DNA of 63,891 nt, the filler included, from Thraustochytrium aureum (lineage: Eukaryota), in NCBI GenBank assembly GCA_012862495.1. It is 8 parts of 6 records of this genome, joined end to end, with 100 filler letters (N's around TTAATTAATTAA, not from the genome) between each part and the next. Parts side by side here need not be neighbours in the genome. Positions count along the whole stretch, not along the records: positions 57,853 to 60,131 come from BLSG01000422.1; positions 60,232 to 61,342 come from BLSG01000427.1; positions 61,443 to 62,649 come from BLSG01000430.1; positions 62,750 to 63,891 come from BLSG01000431.1; 4 more parts are not named here. One strand, given 5' to 3'. A program made the translations under genes and the position numbers. The stretch's first letter is position 1. Every line of letters starts with the position of its first letter. Below the pieces are notes generated by a model. It did no database searches. It saw nothing but the letters and a program-made list of their open reading frames with translations, and was not told the origin of the DNA. Shown here piece after piece: positions 58,527 to 63,891 of the stretch.

Positions 58527-60131
58527 TTAGTTTCCGCTGGTGTCCATACTGTTCTCGTCGACGTCCGCGCATTCGTCTTCACACTCCCAGTGAGCACAAA
58601 CTTTCCGCATCGATTTGAGCATTGTCAAATCGACATTCGACTCAGACCCACCGGCTTCCTGGAACTCCCGGCACTGCTCTAAAAGCTCTTCGACATAATC
58701 CATCTCGTCCTGACCATACACCTCGACCTTCTCGGCGTAGGTGTCGGGAAAGAAGTCCTCCCTTCTCCCAATGTTGCTCACTCCTTGATTCCACTGGCCC
58801 CATGCCATGATGAAGTTTGCTCGCGTGTTGACGACAGATTCAGCGAAACCATGCCCGCCTGCACTTTTGACACTGGCAGGCCTGGCCCCTTGACTTTTGT
58901 CGTCCCACATGTGCTCAACTTGGTATTTGTCGACTTGGTTGATGTCGCTTGAACTTGCCGACCACTTCTTGCCGCTTCCGCATTTGAGGATCTCGCATGC
59001 ACTTTTCGTCCCGCCACCGTTGGCTAGACAGGTTGATGCTGCTGGGAGAGACACCGTGCGCGATTCGCAGGACGCAAAATGCGTGTCCGCGAAATCCTTG
59101 AAGGTCCCCGTCGTTGTTTTGGTGCAAACCTTGGCGAAGATTTCCTCTGCGGACACCATTGGGTCCAACTTCCTCATATGGATCGCCGTGAGACAGGTGC
59201 CCTGGGTGTCCCAACGGTAGTACAGGTCCTGGTAGGTATCGAATCTAGCCTGGGTTGTGCTGTATTGAGCGGTCGGATCGAACGCGACGTACACGGTGGT
59301 GTGGCCCTTTGTCGTAACGAGTCTCCCGGTTTCCCATGTATGAGCTGGTGAAAGTCTCCGGCCGTGGGCACTTCTCCCGCCCCGACCGTTTAGGAGGCAC
59401 CTTGCCCCGGTGGGGCACTCGTCGCAGCCGCTGATGAGCCCGCCAGGCAGCTTGGTCAGAACGCGAGCCTTGAGTGAGAACTGCCACGTGCCGTCGGGGT
59501 GCCACGGGTTTCCAGCGGGCTTGAACTCGAGCGGGAACGCGCTTGAGCTGAGGACGCCGTCCTTGAGGATGGACTTGAACGACTGTTTTTGCGGCTTCCG
59601 AACGCGCGTGAGCGGTTCGGCATCGCCGTTGCGGTGGTTCACGCCAAGAAAGCACGAGGGGCCCTGGCTTGCCTTGCCGTTGTGATCCACGAGGTCGTAC
59701 GTCATCTCGACATAAACCTTTGTCGTCTTCTTGGGCAGCGGCGAGATGCGGATGTTAGTCGACACCTTGAACGGGAGGTCCTTGCCGTCGCCGTTTGTAT
59801 CGTACGAGGCGGCCCTCATCACTGTGGTCGGCATGGCGAGCGAAAACTTGACCTTCCAGCTGCCGTTGAGCTTGGCCCTTTGGGCATTGAGCCGCTGCTT
59901 TTTCGTGACCGGCTTGGCCACAGCTGTGGATTCCCTGGTCTTGGCAGCGAGTTTGTTGAAAATGCCGTTCTTGAACACATCCTTGAGGTGCACAAACGCA
60001 ACGTAGGGGTCGTCGTCCTGCGCTGCGAGGCGGCGCCGCGTCTCGTCGCCGCCGCCGTCGTCGTCATCGTCGCCGTCGTTGCCAAGAACCAAATCAGCGA
60101 ACTCGTCTCCGAGGTCGCACGGAATAAAGTT
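58527..60131 (-). CDS. Cys-rich, probably secreted protein with C-terminal HNH-like motif; 5'-partial
   Basis: Open frame of more than 521 aa with RRRL and GRRLS processing-like sites and YQVEHMWD-x25-NTRANFIMAWGQWNQ. Confidence 0.7.
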   Translation of the reverse strand, partial: NFIPCDLGDEFADLVLGNDGDDDDDGGGDETRRRLAAQDDDPYVAFVHLKDVFKNGIFNKLAAKTRESTAVAKPVTKKQRLNAQRAKLNGSWKVKFSLAMPTTVMRAASYDTNGDGKDLPFKVSTNIRISPLPKKTTKVYVEMTYDLVDHNGKASQGPSCFLGVNHRNGDAEPLTRVRKPQKQSFKSILKDGVLSSSAFPLEFKPAGNPWHPDGTWQFSLKARVLTKLPGGLISGCDECPTGARCLLNGRGGRSAHGRRLSPAHTWETGRLVTTKGHTTVYVAFDPTAQYSTTQARFDTYQDLYYRWDTQGTCLTAIHMRKLDPMVSAEEIFAKVCTKTTTGTFKDFADTHFASCESRTVSLPAASTCLANGGGTKSACEILKCGSGKKWSASSSDINQVDKYQVEHMWDDKSQGARPASVKSAGGHGFAESVVNTRANFIMAWGQWNQGVSNIGRREDFFPDTYAEKVEVYGQDEMDYVEELLEQCREFQEAGGSESNVDLTMLKSMRKVCAHWECEDECADVDENSMDTSGN

Positions 60132-60231
60132 NNNNNNNNNNNNNNNNNNNNNNNNNNNNNNNNNNNNNNNNNNNNTTAATTAATTAANNNNNNNNNNNNN
60201 NNNNNNNNNNNNNNNNNNNNNNNNNNNNNNN

Positions 60232-60372
60232 ACGTTGGTCTTCGTTCCCAAGGTGCAGGCCGTCATCTACGGACAGAGCGCAGGCGTCAGCGGTAGCGCC
60301 ACGACGGGCCATAGCAGCCGGAATGGCACCTCCACGGTTGCCCCGACGCCAGCCAAGGTTGTTGCCGAGTAG
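60232..60372 (+). CDS. 3' end of a class C (GABA-B-like) GPCR
   Basis: Frame from 60232 reads TLVFVPKVQAVIYGQSAG...VVAE*. LVFVPK is the class C TM7 exit motif and it is followed by a Ser/Thr-rich tail. Confidence 0.55.
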   Translation, partial: TLVFVPKVQAVIYGQSAGVSGSATTGHSSRNGTSTVAPTPAKVVAE

Positions 60373-61282
60373 AGAGACCCCAACATAAAAAGGCGCAATT
60401 CCAGGATGCCGATTTATTTATTGCGTCGCCAGTTGGTCGTCTCTGTGGTGGCCTTCACAGAGCGTTTCACTGTGAGAAGTCGAGCTCGGTGCACCCGTGG
60501 ACGACCTGGAAATGGCCGTCGCCTACCAAATCGGCGTCCCGGACAGCAGAGAGTTCGCTTTTACCGTTTTATGGTATACAGCGATCGTAGGACACCTCAA
60601 CCATGTCTGTGGTGTTGAGCAAGTGGGAGTCAAAGTGCACTGTAGGCCGTCCGGAATTCGGTACGCCGATCATCACACGATGCAGGCAAATAAATAAAGC
60701 GCACCGATCGGGACGTGCAATCGAGGCGCGTTCGAAGAAGCCTGAGGATACGTGCGCGGCGAGTCGGCGGCAGCCTGCTCGGACCGTTACGAGGAAATAT
60801 TTTACCGTTATGAGGCTCAAATCGGTCGTATGGTAGAGTACTCCTACTCTACCGGTCCATGGCTTTGCCTTTTTGCAGAGTACAACGAGGATGATTTCTT
60901 TGAACGAGCCCCTTCGACCACCTAAAAGGAGTCGGCTCTGAGCGCCGAGGCGTGGCTTGCCGTGTGATGACTGACCAACCAACCTTCGTGAGAAAACGTA
61001 TCTGCTTTGCCAAACCGCTTGTGTTGAGCTGCCTGTGATCTGGCGTGTGCAAGGGTTAGGGAGTACTCACTCTCACTTCAGAGTCTCTCCGACCGTTTGC
61101 CGACCAAGTCCCTCAGGGCCCTAGGGCGGCGACAGGGCGTCGCAGCGCAGGACTGGTTTTACAGAATTCGTGCTCGCAGCAGTTGCCCAATACAGCAGGG
61201 CTTTGGTTTTGAGCAAACGTGGCAATCTGCTAGCAGTGCGTGGACGGACAAGAGGATTGAAGCTTCCGCGTCAGCTTCCAAG

Positions 61283-61342
61283 ATGGCGCGATGTGCGCTG
61301 CTGAGAATCGCGTTTGCCCTTGTGGCTCTGTTGTATCCTGCG
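61283..61342 (+). CDS. 5' end of a gene with a signal peptide, cut by the scaffold end
   Basis: aagATGg start, MARCALLRIAFALVALLYPA. Confidence 0.45.
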
Positions 61343-61442
61343 NNNNNNNNNNNNNNNNNNNNNNNNNNNNNNNNNNNNNNNNNNNNTTAATTAATTAANN
61401 NNNNNNNNNNNNNNNNNNNNNNNNNNNNNNNNNNNNNNNNNN

Positions 61443-62330
61443 CACCTGACGCAGAGGCTTGATCAACTCCAGCTTTGTGGCGGCGGGTCCAACGCCCAAA
61501 ACGACAAAGTCTCAGTGTTGGCTTCCGATTGTAGCTACCCTGGTGCGGATGTCCAAAGCTATTACCATGAGGATGGCGGCGTGGTCGCGCTGGCCTTTAT
61601 TTCAGGCAACTCTGGAAAAACCCTTTCATGGCGTTATGTGTACCAGAGCGACGAGCGTTGTGGCGTCCAGTCTGACCCTGAAATGCTCGACTTGCACAAG
61701 GACAAGAAGAAGGGAAGAGTCTACCAGTTCGCCAAGTTCCAAGCGCAAGAAGGAGAGGGAACGGCGACAAGTGGTACAGGCGTTGTGGTGGTCAGTCGTG
61801 GCAAGAAGAAGAAGGTGAACGAAGCCCTGAGCCTACTTCTCCAGTTCCACTGGGTCGATTCATCGATTGACAATGTCGAGGTGACACTCTCCGCGGATCC
61901 CGTCGCTACTCTGCCAAATGCTAAAAACGGTAGAGGGGATCTTCCAACGACAGGGGATCTTGCAATTGGGAAAGGACTGGCTGCGTTTCTCTTCAACAAG
62001 GGATCTCAAGTTCAGGTATACAAAATGGGGCCCAACGAGGCAAAACCCTGGACGTCTGCAGCCCGCATTACGCTCAAAGAGACAGGCAGCGCTGTCGCGA
62101 TTCTTTCAAATAGCAAGGTCGCCGTTGCGATGAATTCATATTCCATCGCAGGATCAAGCGCAAACGGGGACGTGCAGCCCACGCAACACGTTAAGCTCTT
62201 TGTGGCCAGCTCGGATGGTAGCGTCCCAGGCGGTCACAACCCGGTCCGGCTTCCTTTCTCGCCGGTCTGCGGCTCCAATCCCCACCCCCACACGCTCGAG
62301 CATGTTGCAACCTGCGAGTGCGACAGCTGA
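61443..62330 (+). CDS. Hypothetical beta-rich (propeller-like) protein, 5'-partial
   Basis: Frame 3 is open from the scaffold start to TGA 62330, with repeated short hydrophobic strands (GDLAIG, VQVYKM, SAVAIL, VKLFVA). Confidence 0.6.
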   Translation, partial: HLTQRLDQLQLCGGGSNAQNDKVSVLASDCSYPGADVQSYYHEDGGVVALAFISGNSGKTLSWRYVYQSDERCGVQSDPEMLDLHKDKKKGRVYQFAKFQAQEGEGTATSGTGVVVVSRGKKKKVNEALSLLLQFHWVDSSIDNVEVTLSADPVATLPNAKNGRGDLPTTGDLAIGKGLAAFLFNKGSQVQVYKMGPNEAKPWTSAARITLKETGSAVAILSNSKVAVAMNSYSIAGSSANGDVQPTQHVKLFVASSDGSVPGGHNPVRLPFSPVCGSNPHPHTLEHVATCECDS

Positions 62331-62749
62331 GGAGCAGGCTCGGAACCGAACAGAACCACAGGCCCCTTTCGCCGTGCCGCGATAGCATCTCGCGCAGCAT
62401 GGCCGCAAGTACCTCGGAGCCTGCAACGCCGTTGGCGATGCCCGTTGTGGCCTTGCATGTGAAGTCGACGCGCACTCTAGTGAACGAATCCACGCAAGCA
62501 TTCTGTCGGAAGTCGAAAGAAAGCAGCGCCAAGATTTGCAGCACTGCACATTCGTGCAGGAGAAAGAAAAAAACAAAACTCTACGGCTCTACGGAAACAC
62601 ATCTGGTCTTTTACCTTTAGGCTCAAGAAATCACTCGCGGCGGCGCACGNNNNNNNNNNNNNNNNNNNNNNNNNNNNNNNNNNNNNNNNNNNNTTAATTA
62701 ATTAANNNNNNNNNNNNNNNNNNNNNNNNNNNNNNNNNNNNNNNNNNNN

Positions 62750-63891
62750 GCTGAACAGGTCGGCGCCCTTGGCGGCCTGCGCGTCGGCCTCGGCGCCGCT
62801 CGCCTTCATCCCGTCACACAGGGCCGCAAACGTGGTGCGCATCTGGCCCGCGCTCAGGAGGAGCACAAGGTCGACGTAGCATTCCGCGAAGGCCTCCTCC
62901 AGCTCGACGAGGCCCGGCTCAAGCGCGGCCAGGTCGTCCAGCGACGCGAGCGAGCCTTGCGCCAGGGCCCGCGTGTCCAGCGCCTGAACGAAGAACGAGG
63001 ACAGCCCGCGCAGCTCGCGAGCGAGCGACTCGCGAGACATCGCTTGCGCGCTGATCTGCAAGACGCCCACCAGGTGGGAAGCCGCGGAAAACTGCCCGCG
63101 GGCCACGAACCTTGAGAAGGCGGCCGTAAGTGGGCCGACGAGAAGTCGCGGCTCGACGCGCTGGGCGACGCGTCGGCCGATGCGCTTGCTCGTCGCGCGC
63201 ACGAGGTCCGGCACGCCCTCTTGGTCGCCCGCACCCACCAGAAGGAGCACGTCGCTCAAGTAGGGCGACAGAAACTTGGGCAACTCCGCGACCAGCGCGT
63301 AGAGGCTCGACGCTGCGCTCTGCGCAAGCATAAGGCGCGCCTCCGTCTCCTCGGTGGTGCGGCGCAGCGCCGATTCGCTGTCAGGCTCTCGCTGCGTCGA
63401 GAGGTATTGCTTGAAGCAGAACAGCAGGTCCGGGGCCATGTGCGGCAGGTGGGGCAGAGACCGCTTGCCGAGCACGCCAGTGAGCGTCCCTGCGCACAAG
63501 GCTGCGCTACTGGCGAGCTGAAAGAGCGCCACTGGCGCAGCGCCGCCATCGCGCATAGACGCAACCGCGGTGTGCAGGCACTTGACCACGGACGCCTGCA
63601 CTGGGGCGAACGGCTTGGGGTGCTTGGGGCCAAGGTACCGCGCCAAAACGTCGATGCTGAGCAGCGCTGTCTGCTTGTTCACCTCCGACTCGGCGGAGCT
63701 CTCCACCATGTCGCGGAGCTGCACCACCATCTCCAAGAAGATGAGCGTCTCTTCCGGCCGCCAGCGCGCATGCTGCTGCGAGACCTTGGTCGAGAGCTGC
63801 CGCACCGCGAGATGGCGCACATGCGCGTCCGGGTCGCGCATGAGCTCGTACAGCACGGCGACAAACATCGGCACAGAAAGCAGGGCGCTAA
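62750..63891 (-). CDS. UTP10: U3 snoRNP HEAT-repeat protein UTP10/HEATR1, internal fragment including the BP28CT region
   Basis: NKQTALLSIDVLA, LPKFLSPYL, VEPRLLV, FFVQALDTR and LVLLLSAGQMRTTF (cf. LKLNE..FRPLF). Confidence 0.88.

Overview
This is eukaryotic genomic DNA, high in GC and almost free of introns. It is not one locus. Seven artificial 100-bp spacers (N44-TTAATTAATTAA-N44) join eight scaffold pieces: 1-9565, 9666-20731, 20832-28025, 28126-57752, 57853-60131, 60232-61342, 61443-62649 and 62750-63891. Gene content and style suggest a heterotrophic stramenopile, probably a thraustochytrid or other labyrinthulomycete (inference): there is a plant-type vacuolar sorting receptor, a WRKY19-like Cys/His repeat protein, (GGCA)n tracts before genes and only one clear GT-AG intron. 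Housekeeping genes include a BIG/Sec7 ARF-GEF, RTCA, CNPY, ORC3, VSR, a calcineurin B-like protein, LTV1, alanine aminotransferase, RFC5, a CBS protein and UTP10. More than half of the genes carry +1 or -1 frame breaks, and those I could localise sit in homopolymer runs, so they are best read as sequencing errors. The best candidate for new biology is a tandem pair of diverged multi-pass membrane genes (52173-54166 and 55564-57681). They resemble the 7TM ion channel (insect gustatory/odorant receptor, GRL, PHTF) superfamily and lie head-to-head with a myristoylated multi-EF-hand protein. Other candidates are a PX-TM-RMDN fusion, a secreted bacterial-type PLL lectin, a probably secreted HNH-motif protein next to a DUF1963 gene, a likely dead ATP-grasp protein, and a dispersed intergenic TACTCTAGAGTA palindrome family. 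All family assignments are from motif recognition by eye; no database searches were run.
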